Source: Podarcis tiliguerta (taxonomy: Eukaryota). From it: DNA of 64,000 nt. The stretch lies in assembly GCA_965153285.1 (NCBI GenBank), contig OZ229111.1. The stretch is one strand, 5' to 3'. Below the pieces are notes generated by a model, which was given only the letters and a program-made list of their open reading frames with translations, was not told the origin of the DNA and made no database searches. Positions 13,163 through 24,292 of the stretch are shown in pieces (positions within the stretch are counted from its first letter, which is position 1; the number at the start of each line of letters is the position of its first letter). The position numbers and the translations under genes are program-made.

Positions 13163-13656
13163 CAGTGCTTTTTTTCTGGGGGTACGCAGGGGTACACATA
13201 CCCCTAAACATTTTGTGAATCTAACGGGAGAAGAAACTTAAAAAATTAAAAATTTTAGTTTCTTCTCTAGCACGGTGAATCGTCAGTTCTGTCGCTACCT
13301 CCGATGGCAGCCTCATTTCCTTGTCACGGTGTTTCCTGAGTCTCAGATGGAAGCGAACGTTTAATGTGTGAAGTAGGAGTTGAAATCTAGCATGGTGATT
13401 GGTCAGTTTAGTTGTTACCACCTCTGATGGACACCAACAGCAAGCAAAGGAATCGGGAAGATGTTAGTACACACAACTTCATGCCAATGTGGAAGTTACT
13501 GTGAGCTGTCAGCTGTGTCATATGAGGTAATGCATGTTCTTTGTACTTTGTCCATTTACTGTATTTATTTTACCCGATTTGAACTATAAAATGGTGGTTT
13601 TCTTGAGTCAAAATGAGAGTACCCCTAAACATTTTTTTAGAAAAAAAAAAGTACTG
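13163..13656. mobile_element. Non-autonomous hAT DNA transposon
   Basis: TIRs cagtgctttttttct / agaaaaaaaaaagtactg with a perfect 8-bp TSD gaataaac (13155-13162, 13657-13664). A related fragment lies at ~45170-45281. Confidence 0.88.
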
Positions 13657-14827
13657 GAATAAACTAACTAACTAACTAAATATGTGGATGCCCAGAGAAG
13701 GGCTGTTAGCATATGTTTCTCAGCTTGGGGTGGGGTGTGGACTTTCTCATGGCGCTGTTTTAATGCTGCACCACCACAAGAGAAAGCCTAGGAAACTACT
13801 TGTTGATACATGCCCTGAGTAGCCCTCACACCTGGCTTCCCTCGGTTGCCTTGACGCTCTGATTATCTCTTCTTTCACTGGCAGGGATATTCAGGGAAGA
13901 CTCATAAGGAAGGCACTGTGGGATGGATTTACAGAGGGCCCACCATTAAATAGCGCTCCCCTGATTAATTACCTCAGACCAGCGGGAGAGCTCAGCCGCT
14001 GATCATACCACTATTATCTGCCATCATTCTTCACTGATCAAAGGCAGTCCTTTCTTCTCTTCATTCTTCTGTTAGACTCAAGTAATGAGATTTAGCGGCA
14101 GTGAAAGGATCCGAGCTGCATTCCTCGGCTTTCTCCCGTGATATAATGCTGAGGAGGAGTGAAGCTGCCCTGCCCTGCGTACCAGCTGGTATCAAGGAAA
14201 CACCTGTCAGTGGCAATTCCCAGCTCTATGTCATCTCTGGATTTACCACTTTGCAATGTCAGCACGGCATGTGCAGTGAGGCAGGGGCCACTGGGAGCTC
14301 ACGTTGCTAGGCTAGCGCTGGGCAAAGTGAGCAGCAAATGTAATTGCATGGGGTTGGGCTGGGGGTGATGTTCCCTTCCTTCCATCACCATCACGGCGGA
14401 TGTGCCAGTTTCTCAAAATCTGTACGCAAGTATGCTGAGCTGGTGTATTTTCCAGCACAGCTGGCAGTTGATATCGGCAGACTTTGGGAAATGATGGATA
14501 AGTGCTATGCAGAGGGATGCCACTGGGAACCCAAGATGAGGATGTTGAGGTGAGAATCAGCAGGAGCACAGGACAGCAACCGCTCTCCCACCATAAAAGT
14601 GGAACAGCTACCAAAAAGGCCTCTCTCCATCCCTGTGACATTCAGACCTAGGGCATGCTCATGGTTGACCTTAGCAACTGCAGAGGTACCAGAGAACCCA
14701 AAGGAATGGGCAGCAATGCTGTATAACTACTACCAAGGTTATTGATTGAGGTTTGCTCAGTAACCTTTCCTGGACCTCAAGCAGCTGCAGTCTGGACGTT
14801 GTAGCCAATGCTAATTCTACTCAGGTT

Positions 14828-15195
14828 GTTGTTGTTGTTTAGTCGTGTCCAACTCTTCGTGACCCCATGGACCAGAGCACGCCAGGCCCTCCTGTCTCCC
14901 ACTGCCTCCCACAGTTAGGTCAAACTCATGCTGGTAGCTTCGAGAACACTATCCAACCATCTTGTCCTCTGTCGTCCCCTTCTCCTTGTGCCCTCCATCT
15001 TTCCCAACATCAGGGTCTTTTCCAGGGAGTCTTCTCTTCTCATGAGGTGGCCAAAGTATTGGAGCCTCAGCTTCAGGATCTGTCCTTCCAGTGAGTGCTC
15101 AGGGCTGATTTCCTTAAGAATGGATAGGTTTGGTCGTCTTGCAGTCCATGGGACTCTCAAGAGTCTCCTCCAGCACCATAATTCAAAAGCATCAA
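14828..15195 (-). mobile_element. BovB (RTE) LINE 3' fragment, 5'-truncated, inserted in a palindromic MITE
   Basis: Open frame RVPWTARR.NLSILKEISPE.SLEGQILKLRLQYFGHLMRR..., (CAA)n tail, and 11-bp TSD ctactcaggtt (14817-14827, 15196-15206). The flanks rejoin into an inverted-repeat element spanning ~14797-15293. Confidence 0.94.
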
Positions 15196-15534
15196 CTACT
15201 CAGGTTAGAGCCATTGAAATGAATGGCCATGACTAACTTGGGTTCATTGATTTTGATGGGTCTACTCTGAGTAGAACTTTGTTGCATACAACCCTGGATT
15301 CTTGACGGTCTGGGAATTGTATGTTGCATAGATGAGACTGTGGTTGCTTCAAAAGAAGGTCTTAATATCATTCAGATAGTACAAATGGGTCATAGATTTT
15401 TTTTTTAAATCCACATACCCAAATTTCCTTCATAAAGAGTAAATGTAGATTAAATTGGGGGGGATACAGGCTGGCATTTTGATGCTGCCAATGCCATGTA
15501 GACAATGCAAAAAACTTTCATGTATAAGCAGCAA

Positions 15535-15715
15535 TAGGTTGCCATACGTCCGGAATTTCCCGGACATATGTATGGCAACCCATGCCAGAAGTGGTGTAGA
15601 TTTTGACGAAAAGAAGCTCAACAACTTTAGCCCCCACCCCCAAATGAAGATCATCAGCTTTGCCAAAAACAACTTTTATGTCCAGATTCTCACTTTTTGA
15701 AAAATGGCAACCCTA
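15535..15715. mobile_element. hAT MITE
   Basis: TIRs taggttgcca / tggcaaccctA with an 8-bp TSD agcagcaa (15527-15534, 15716-15723). Internal hairpin ggttgccatac...gtatggcaacc. Confidence 0.88.
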
Positions 15716-15893
15716 AGCAGCAATCATACAACAAACACCTGATTGGAGGTACCCTTGAATTGGGGGGTGTTTATTATGAATCCAGTTTTTCAAGCTTGCA
15801 TTAAAAAACAATAACACCCTAACTTCATCTTGCTTCTTCACTTACTGTGGAATGGCTCACATGTATTTAACAGTACAGGGGAAAGATTTTGAA

Positions 15894-16268
15894 TGTTAGC
15901 TATGAAATATTGGAACACTGGCTGAACTGAAGCTTTTTGAATTTATTAAAAGATATAACACTAGACCCAGAGATAGAATATGGCTGGAAAATGTACCAGT
16001 AGCTGTAATAAAACTAAACCCAGGAAGCTGCATGATTTTGCACCAGACTGTTGTTCTCCCTAGGCTAGTATTGTATTGTCTACTCCAGCCTTTCGAAGGA
16101 CAAGCCCCTCTTGGGATGTAAATGCTATGAACTCTGTCTCCATAAATCTCAGGTTTAAATATATGTGAATAAACCACATTTCTTAAAGGAACACAAACCC
16201 TGGTTAAGTGCCAAGACCCCTGCAATCTTGCTACCGCTCGGCAGAGATTGGGGTGGCTTGTTACAACA
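15894..16268 (+). mobile_element. Possible solo LTR
   Basis: TG...CA-like ends (tgttagc...acaaca) and an internal AATAAA. No TSD was confirmed and the boundaries are uncertain. Confidence 0.3.
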
Positions 16269-16523
16269 TATACCTAGTCATTAGTCTGCCGCAACAGTAG
16301 GTTGAGCTGTAACCTGTTTTAGTTGGTTAAAGTTTACTTGTTTATCTTTCCTAGACTGATCAAGCAGCTTCGCTCTATGCCCTTCTCCTGTTTCTCTGCT
16401 GAAGTCGTGTGCTGAACAACGTTGGTTGCATTTTGTTCTGGCAGTAAAGCAGGAGTGCAGAACTCTGTGCCCAGGGCCCAAATGCCACTTTTCTGGCCCA
16501 CAATTCAGACTTGGATAATCAGA

Positions 16524-16964
16524 CAGCGGCGTAGCTAGCCGCTCAGGTGCCCGGTGCATTTCACGCTTCCTGCAGCCGGGGGCGGAGCAAGCTGCCCATG
16601 GGGGTGGGAAGAGCCAAGGCAGGGCGTGCTGCGTGGAGCCTCTCTGCAACCTCCCCCTCAGCTGTAGGGCGGCTGAGGTGGGGGGCAGACGCAGCCCTGC
16701 ACTGCTCAAAAAAGCAGCGTGTTGCTTGCAGGCAGTCCACCTGCCGCCTCCCCCTCAGGTGAGAAGCATGGCTCAGGCACACTGCAGGCCTCACCTAGCT
16801 ATCAGTGCCGTAGGAAGGGGGTTGCAGTGGGTGTGGAAGTTAATTTCATTTATTTATTTATTTAAATTTATTTTAAAAACACATGTTTTTGCCATTTTGT
16901 CACCCCCCTCAGTGATGACACCCAGGGGGAACGCACCCACCACACACCCCTTCTTATGCCACTG
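16524..16964. mobile_element. hAT-type non-autonomous element (CAGTGGCGTA-type TIR)
   Basis: Ends cagcggcgtagc / cttatgccactg with a GC-rich interior. Same TIR class as 48903-49210. The TSD is degenerate. Confidence 0.72.
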
Positions 16965-18889
16965 AATGCAGAAGATCTCTCACAGACAGTAGGCACCAAG
17001 CCAAATGAATGTCAAAAGCCAACTGTTTTCTTATACTGTGCTTCCAAACAGGACTTAATAAATACCAAAGCTTGCGTCTCAAGTTATATGTAAATATTTT
17101 AAAGGGACAGGACTCTGGCTTCTACCAAGTACCATGGATAGGCTTCAAATGGTGTATTTTGCCGTTTTCAGTGAGGACATTTAAGCGAATGAACAGACTT
17201 TATGATTGGTGGGTTGCTTCAAAATTCTCATCTGCAAGGTCCTGAGCTGCTCTTCCTAGGTTTGGGTGCTCCTCTTCAGGAGTAAACACTCTGGCAGACT
17301 GAGGAGCCACCAGACCTTCTGAGAAGGCAGCTTGAGGCCATTATCCCAGGAGTTGTTGTTGGAAGAGTCTTATAGAAGATGAGTATGCAACACAAACCGA
17401 ATTGCCATTATTTCCACCAGCTTAGTTACAGCTAGGTGCTGACAAAAAGAAATAAATTTATTTAGGTCTTCTACAAAACTGATTTGTACCAAACAACCAA
17501 AGCGTGCTGCATTTAAAAATGAATAAATCATGAAATATTTCACATAGGAAATGGCAGGCATTTTCTCGGATGCCGTTTCCTTGTTAATCAGGCTGTTTTG
17601 TCTGGCAGTTGACATCTTTCCTACCAGAGATGGCTACATGTATGTTGTATATCTGCAGTGAAAGTGAACTTTCTGGATGCGTTTGAAGCAGAGATACTGA
17701 GCAGGTAGCTCCAGCCGATATCTAAACCTTACCCTCTACCAATCCATGACTCTGTAAATTTTATGTCTCTTTCCATCCCAGTCTCCCTGGAACATGGATG
17801 CTGACAGGATTGTTACAGTCTCTAGCTGGGGTCCTTATCCCCCTGCCCACCCCTCCCACCCCTTCACTCTCTTCTCCTTTTGCATAATGGATCAGCTGTG
17901 AGTAATGGGAAATGGCAGGGCATCCGAGCTGGCTGGCAGGCCCTTAATGAAGAATATGGAAATCTCATCAGTCCAATCAGGCCAGCAAATGAAACTGCTT
18001 CCCCACCGCCACCACCGATGTGAGCAGAAGGCTAAAGACACGCGTGTCCCTGCTCAGTTCCTCTCCTGGGGTGCTTCTGCCTTTTGTGTTGACAACTGAG
18101 CTGTGAACTTCATTTCTGGAGCAAGCACAGCCTTTGCCCCGATTTCTCTCTCTCTTAGTGGTTCATCAGCAATTAGGGCAAGCGGGATACTTCTGCTACC
18201 CTTTGGGGGGGGGCGCTCTCTTCCTAAGGCAATTGGGGGCTGCTTTTCCTGTTCTCTTTGTTGAGGTGGCTTCTTAACACAGGTATTGTGAGGGAAGCTC
18301 ACAACCTTACAGCCCCCTCTGTCAAATTTGCATGTGTTTTCCCCTCTTGACACAGGTAGTTCTAGTTGCTCCAGAAAAAAAGCAATATGAATATAGGTTT
18401 TTTGTTACCGAGACAGCAGTTTACAAAATAGCAAGAAGCAGGCAAAGCTACAGAGTACATAGGTCTGAGCAAAAATGGCTCCCCCAATTTATCTGTGCTA
18501 TTTGTGGGTGGCAGAATTGGAGGTTTTTTATTTATTTTATTCTTTTACCAATTCTTTTCCAGGGGAGAGCTGAAATTCTAACAAGGTTTCAGGAGAAACT
18601 TGGAAAATCAAATGTTCACCGTTTACTGTAAAATAAGCAGCAGAATCCACTGTTGCATGAGCAGATTTCTGCTTCTGCAATAGGACTTCACCTTCCTCCC
18701 CTTTTGCCAGCGCTCCTCAATCCTCTTCCCAGAGGATCCCTCAACCTCCTGGAGCAGACGTTGGCTGAAGTAGGCTAAAGCAGGTAGGAGATGAAGGTGA
18801 AGTACCATTGTGTGAGCAAGAAGGAATCAGGGGGCTAAGAGAGGAGGACTGGAAGGAGTAGAGGCCAAGCCCATGGCTTCCTTCAGCAA

Positions 18890-19000
18890 TATGGTAATAC
18901 AGTAATTTCAGACTACTGCAATTTGCTCTATGTGGGGCTGCCTTTGAAGATGACTTGAAAACTGGTGCAAAATGAGGCTGCCAGAGTCCTTATGGCGGTG
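18890..19000 (+). mobile_element. L2 LINE ORF2 fragment
   Basis: gactactgcaatttgctctatgtggggctgcctttgaaga translates to DYCNLLYVGLPLK, then VQNEAARVL. Confidence 0.75.
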
Positions 19001-19312
19001 CGGGAGTCAGTGTTAGTGCCACTGTCATATCGCTAGTTTTCTGTATGTTTCGGAGCTCCATTCAACGTGCTGATTTTTACTTTTAAACCATTTGGGCTCA
19101 AGTGATTTATTGGACTTGGTGCACCTGTATACTTGTTTGAAGGTTTTTCCTTTCGCTTGGGAAAATATGATATAGGACAGCAGCTCTGAGTGGGGCATGG
19201 TATGATAGAAGATTATAAAATTAGGTGTGTTGTGAAGAAATCTTCTCTTTCTTGTCAAAACACTACAATTTAGGGTCATCGTATGAAATTGAAAATTTGG
19301 CAGTAGATTCAG

Positions 19313-19313
<1 letters not shown>

Positions 19314-19358
<45 letters not shown>
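19314..19358. repeat. (CA)n microsatellite
   Basis: Read directly from the sequence. Confidence 0.95.
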
Positions 19359-19360
<2 letters not shown>

Positions 19361-19474
19361 TAGCCTATGGAATATACAGCCACAAGATAAGATTTGCTTC
19401 TATCCATGGTAGCTAAATGGTGCCTCTCAGGTTCAGAAGTAATATATCTCTGAATATCAGCTGATGCCCATGAC

Positions 19475-19764
19475 CAGGGGTCAGCAAACTTTTTTAGCAG
19501 GGGGCCGGACTATATTTTGAAAAAAAATAATGAACAAATCCTTATGCCCCACATATAACCCAGAGATGCATTTTAAATAAAAGCACACATTCTACTCAGG
19601 TAAAAACACCAGGCAGGCCCCACAAATAACCCAGAGATGCATTTTAAATAAAAGGACACATTCTACTCATGTAAAAACATGCTGATTCCCGGAACATCCG
19701 CGGGCTGGATTTAGAAGGTGATTGGGCCGCATCCGACCCCTGGGCCTTAGTTTGCCTACCCATG
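19475..19764 (+). mobile_element. hAT (Charlie-like) MITE with internal ~68-bp tandem duplication
   Basis: TIRs caggggtcagcaaact / agtttgcctacccatg with a perfect 8-bp TSD cccatgac. The unit cccagagatgcattttaaataaaag...attctactca occurs twice. Confidence 0.9.
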
Positions 19765-22700
19765 CCCATGACAATCAATGGAATAGGCCTGTTGCCTTCA
19801 CAAATTGCACATCACTCTCCCAGAAACAATTGGTTGACCAGTGTAGGAGACAGGTCTAGATTGAAACTAGATGCCCCCCAGTCTATAATCCAACAGGACT
19901 CTTTGTATATTAATTGGAGACGAGGTGAAACTCATTCCCACCAAGGCGCATGTCTTTATGTTGTTGTTTGCAATATTTGTAGGCTGCCCTATAACAGAGT
20001 TCTGAGAGCAACTCACAAGAAATAAAACAAATTAATATTTAATAATAAAAAAATGAAAAATATAATACACCATAAAAATGCAAGGCATAGGGAAAGCTTT
20101 AATCTTCAATTTCATAATATGCAATTAATATTTCTGTCAGTTAAGTGCCAGATGAAGGCAGCAATCCCATGCACATTTACCTGTTTGGAAGTAAACATCC
20201 TTGTACTCCGAGGGGCTTACTTACAAATAAACATACATAGGATTTGCACTGTAATTGATTAAAAAGTGTCCCCTTCTCATTTATGTGGACATACACAAAA
20301 AGAATTACTTCCAAAGTTGGCAGAGTCTATTGCAATGTATGCTGCCACCCAAAACTGCATACTGTATTTGTTAGATGTTAATTGGGTCACATGCAAAGTG
20401 GTTTCCTCTGCTTACACTACAGCTAAGATTAGGGGGTGGCAAGCTTTGAGAGCCAGATTCCTTAAATATTGTCATCTAAACAGTATTCTGTATTCACACT
20501 TGAATTAAATTTAGGTTGAATAGGCAGCAAATAATTGTTAAATATTGTTTGCCTTTGTGCATTATTATTCTTGATTTTAATTTTCATCTGATTTTTTGCT
20601 TAATTAAAAAAAAATATTCATTTGGCATTTCATGTGACACGTCTCTAATTGCTTAAAGCTCACAGTTCCAGCAATAATACAACTAGTATATATGACACAA
20701 CAAAAAATAAGGAGGAGATATGGGCACCTGCCGTAGTATATACATATACAATGTTGGAGTTACAGGGGAAGTAACAACTTTGTTTCTGAGGTGCAGGAGG
20801 TAACAGGCAGGTTGCAGCTTAGGCAAGGAGTTTTTGAATCGGCTGCAAATCTGGCAGAGTTTCCATTCAATCTAGTTGGGGGAGCTTTCTGGCCAGCACC
20901 ACTTCACCTTGACCTCTATGGTTTGTCTGCCTGGGTTGAGGCTGGTGACAGCTTGCATAGTTCCCTGGTCTTCCTCTGAAAGGAAGGTCAGCCAGTCAGT
21001 TGAAGGTGGGCAGTGCAGAGTATTTAATGACAAGGCCTAGGGTCAGACACCCATCCCATCTTTGGGGGGTAAAGCTGGGGGAGTGGGAAAGAGTGGGAAA
21101 GCCCACAGGGTCAGCTGCAGAAACTAATCCAGAAACTTTTCTGCAAGAGGAGCCCATTGCCCTGGTACATCTGTGGCTCAGAGAGGCCGTGTTGCCCTCC
21201 TCTGACTCCAGCTCAGAAGCCCTTGTGGAACCACAGCAGAGGTGGATATAGGGGAGCGCGACTGGTTTGCCCTCACTGTGTGCCGAGCCAAGAGGGAGCC
21301 GCAGGGGACACCAGAACAATGATTTAGAACAGAAGGCAAAAGGCAGGAGTGCATGGAATTTTGGCATCACACAGGGCACCACTGAAAAGGCAGCCACAGA
21401 TCACAGTCTCCCCTGCTCCATCAGAATCGATGACTGGTTATGCACCCCTCATGGAAGGCAGAGCTAGCTGCAACCAGGGCCAGCCCTATCATTAGGCTGA
21501 GGCAACCATCTTAGATGGACGATGGAGTGCAGGACATCTACAGAAGCCCCCCAGCTCTTCCTCTTGAACCCCACCCCTACAGAGCTTTTAAAGGAGCTTT
21601 TTAAGGGTCTCTCCTTTTGTTTCACCTGACTACCCTAAGATTCTTGTTATAAGCAGGCTGCTCCATTTCCAAGATGGTGGTGGGAGCTCCTCTTTGTTTT
21701 AACTGCTAAGCTATGGTCAGAACCTCCTCCTCTTTTTAGTCAGGCCTAAGTGATGCCTCCCCTTCATGCATTTCCATGAATCTGTAGTTTGTACTTGATG
21801 CCAAGATAATAGCAAGCAACTCTATTAACACTGTCACCAGACTCTACGGCTAGGTCACTGTTCCCATTTGAACCCTATTTCCAGAGGTCTGAAGCTCATC
21901 TGTAACAATGCACTTTGATGCATTTATGAATTGCAGCCCAACTGGAGAGTTTCTTTGTGTTTCGTAAAGGAAAAATGGAGGGGAAATCATGTTTTATTTT
22001 CCTTCCCAATACCTCTTGGTGATTGTGGCAACATAACCACCAAAGGGCTTGAATAGAAGCTAAATGGATCTAAATGGTTGACCCTGACCCGCACAGCCCT
22101 TACCCTTTGCTTTGTGAATCTTCTCTTTGTCCCTTCCCAAAAGCAAGGGCTCTACCATTAGGCAGAATACAGCAGTTGCCTCAGGCAGTATATGTTGGAA
22201 GTTATGAAAAGGCAACAGATAGTTAGCTGTTCAGCTTATTGTTGCAATTTTAATGCCAAGTGAGATGATTGTAGGATTGGTTTTTCTTTTTTTCTTTCTT
22301 TTTGCCTCCAGTGCTAAAATAAATTTGGAGTTGTAGCTCTTTTGAGGGCATTTCCTACCAACTCTCAGCACACTTAACTACAGGTTCCAGCCTCTTAAAG
22401 TGGCGCTTTAAATGTATGCTGTGGCTATGACCCTGGATGGCCTTAGATACCTCGCACCTTGATTTGGAGTGGGGGTGCCCTTTGTTACGCTTCCTCAAGC
22501 AGCAAATTGTTTTGGGCTGGTTCTGCCACAAACTCATTTCTCGTTTACAGGTCTTCAAGGGGAGGACACTTAGAAATTTGGCACTGTCAAGAGAAGACCA
22601 ATTCTCATAACTTTGAAAACATGCTGACTTCACATGTGGCCCAGCATCGAGGGTAGACCTGTTCGGCTGACATGTACATTCTACTGAATTTAATGAAATT

Positions 22701-23439
22701 TACACCCGGGTAATTGGGTAAAGAATTGCAGTCTGAGTAAATGAATGTGCATGGGGTGCCGCAAAGTTGAGCAGCATGCATTGACAGACCCTTCTGGTTT
22801 TCCCAGTAAAATGTAGGGATGAATGGAATACCTGGGACTTAGGGTGCACTTCAAAGCAATTACATACAAACGCTTTATTGCAGGGGTGGGGAACCTGGTG
22901 GCCTTCCGAATACCGTTGGACTACAACTCCCATAATCCTTGACCATTGGAGATGTAACACACGTTGGCTGTGGCTGATGGGAATTGGAATCCAAAAGCAT
23001 CTGGAGGGGCACAGTTTTCTTGCCTCTACTTTAATGCATACCCAAAATGAGCCAGCCTACCCTAGGAAATCAGCCCACAGTCCAGCGCATAAGGAGCAAG
23101 CCATCTGGATTGCCTTGCAGTTTAGCAGTGCCTTGCAGCCAGCAAACACAAGTTCAGAATGTGAACTGTGAGCCACCATGCATCTGCAAGAATCTTGCTA
23201 TTTCCAGTTTTTAACTTTAAACGTAAGATTTTGGCTCTCATAGAACAATTTCTAGCTTGGCTGTCTATAATAAGCTTGAAATATCGAGGCCACAGTAAAT
23301 GGAGAATTAGCCCAGAAAGAAAAAAATATGTTTCATTATATAATTTTCCAAAACAAATGGCTTCAAAAGCTTTCTTGGCTAAGTTTCGACCCCTCCTCTT
23401 ATATAACTGCTGTCCCGCCATCAGTTTCTCTGAAAACAT

Positions 23440-23940
23440 TGCGGACTGAGCCCAAAGGACTCCATACTCATCCGCTCTTACTTGAACATTATTCAGCCAG
23501 CTTGCACATCGCCATACTGTTTCATAGCCATTGCTGCGGACATGGAGAAGTCCTCATTTTCTTTGTCTTTATCAGAGTGATTCTGGCAATAATCAACAAG
23601 TGTTGTATTACAAGTTCAGTCCTGAGACTTCAGAGTGATCATTACAAAGTTCCAATAGTTTTGTTGAAGGGCTCGAATGTAAACAGATTGCCAGCAGTGG
23701 GTGAATTAAAGCCATTTCCACAAGATATGAAGAAAGTCTTCCTCCCCCCCCCCCCCATTGCATCTCCAGTGCCTACGAGAGTGATTACACATCTTCTGCA
23801 ATCTGTCTGGTATGTAATACCATTTAGATTCACACAGACCAGCTATCATGGGGCATGTTTACGTACAAATTTCCCATCTGTTATCCAAAGTGTTTCTATT
23901 TCTAGCATACTCCCACACCTTCCTAACTTTGTCTTTTTAG
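23440..23940 (-). mobile_element. Degenerate L1 LINE ORF2 C-terminal fragment
   Basis: Minus translation KWYYIPDRLQKM......WRC......FLHILW then LLIIARITL.......P.PQQW...M.KL matches the vertebrate L1 C-terminal Cys-rich region. Confidence 0.75.
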
Positions 23941-24119
23941 AGCTAACAGAATAGTTAAGTCAGCCACAGAACCGGGACCTATCGTTCAGCAGAACTCATG
24001 TTTTGCATAATATAAATCATGATTAATAAGAGGTCCCAGGTAAAATCCCTGCATCTCCAGTTAAAAGGATCAGGTAGCAGGTGGTGTTAAAATGTGATGC
24101 CTGGCGCCTTGGAGAGTGT

Positions 24120-24292
24120 GGCTGTGCACACACCATACATTTAAAGCACATGATTTCCCCTCCAAAAGGATTCTGGGAGCTGTAGTTTGCACCTCACAGG
24201 GATACCATTCCAAGCACCCTCAACAAACTACAGTTCCTGGGATTCTTTGCATGGCAAGTCGTATGCTTTAAATGTACGGTGTGTATGCAGCC
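24120..24292. mobile_element. Palindromic MITE (PIF/Harbinger-like)
   Basis: ggctgtgcacacaccatacatttaaagca...tgctttaaatgtacggtgtgtatgcagcc, with an inner inverted repeat ctgggagctgtagtttg / caaactacagttcctgg. Confidence 0.75.

Noticed and set aside
23328-23954. 208-aa + strand ORF
   Set aside because: It is the antisense shadow of a decayed L1 ORF2 fragment on the minus strand and has no recognisable domain.
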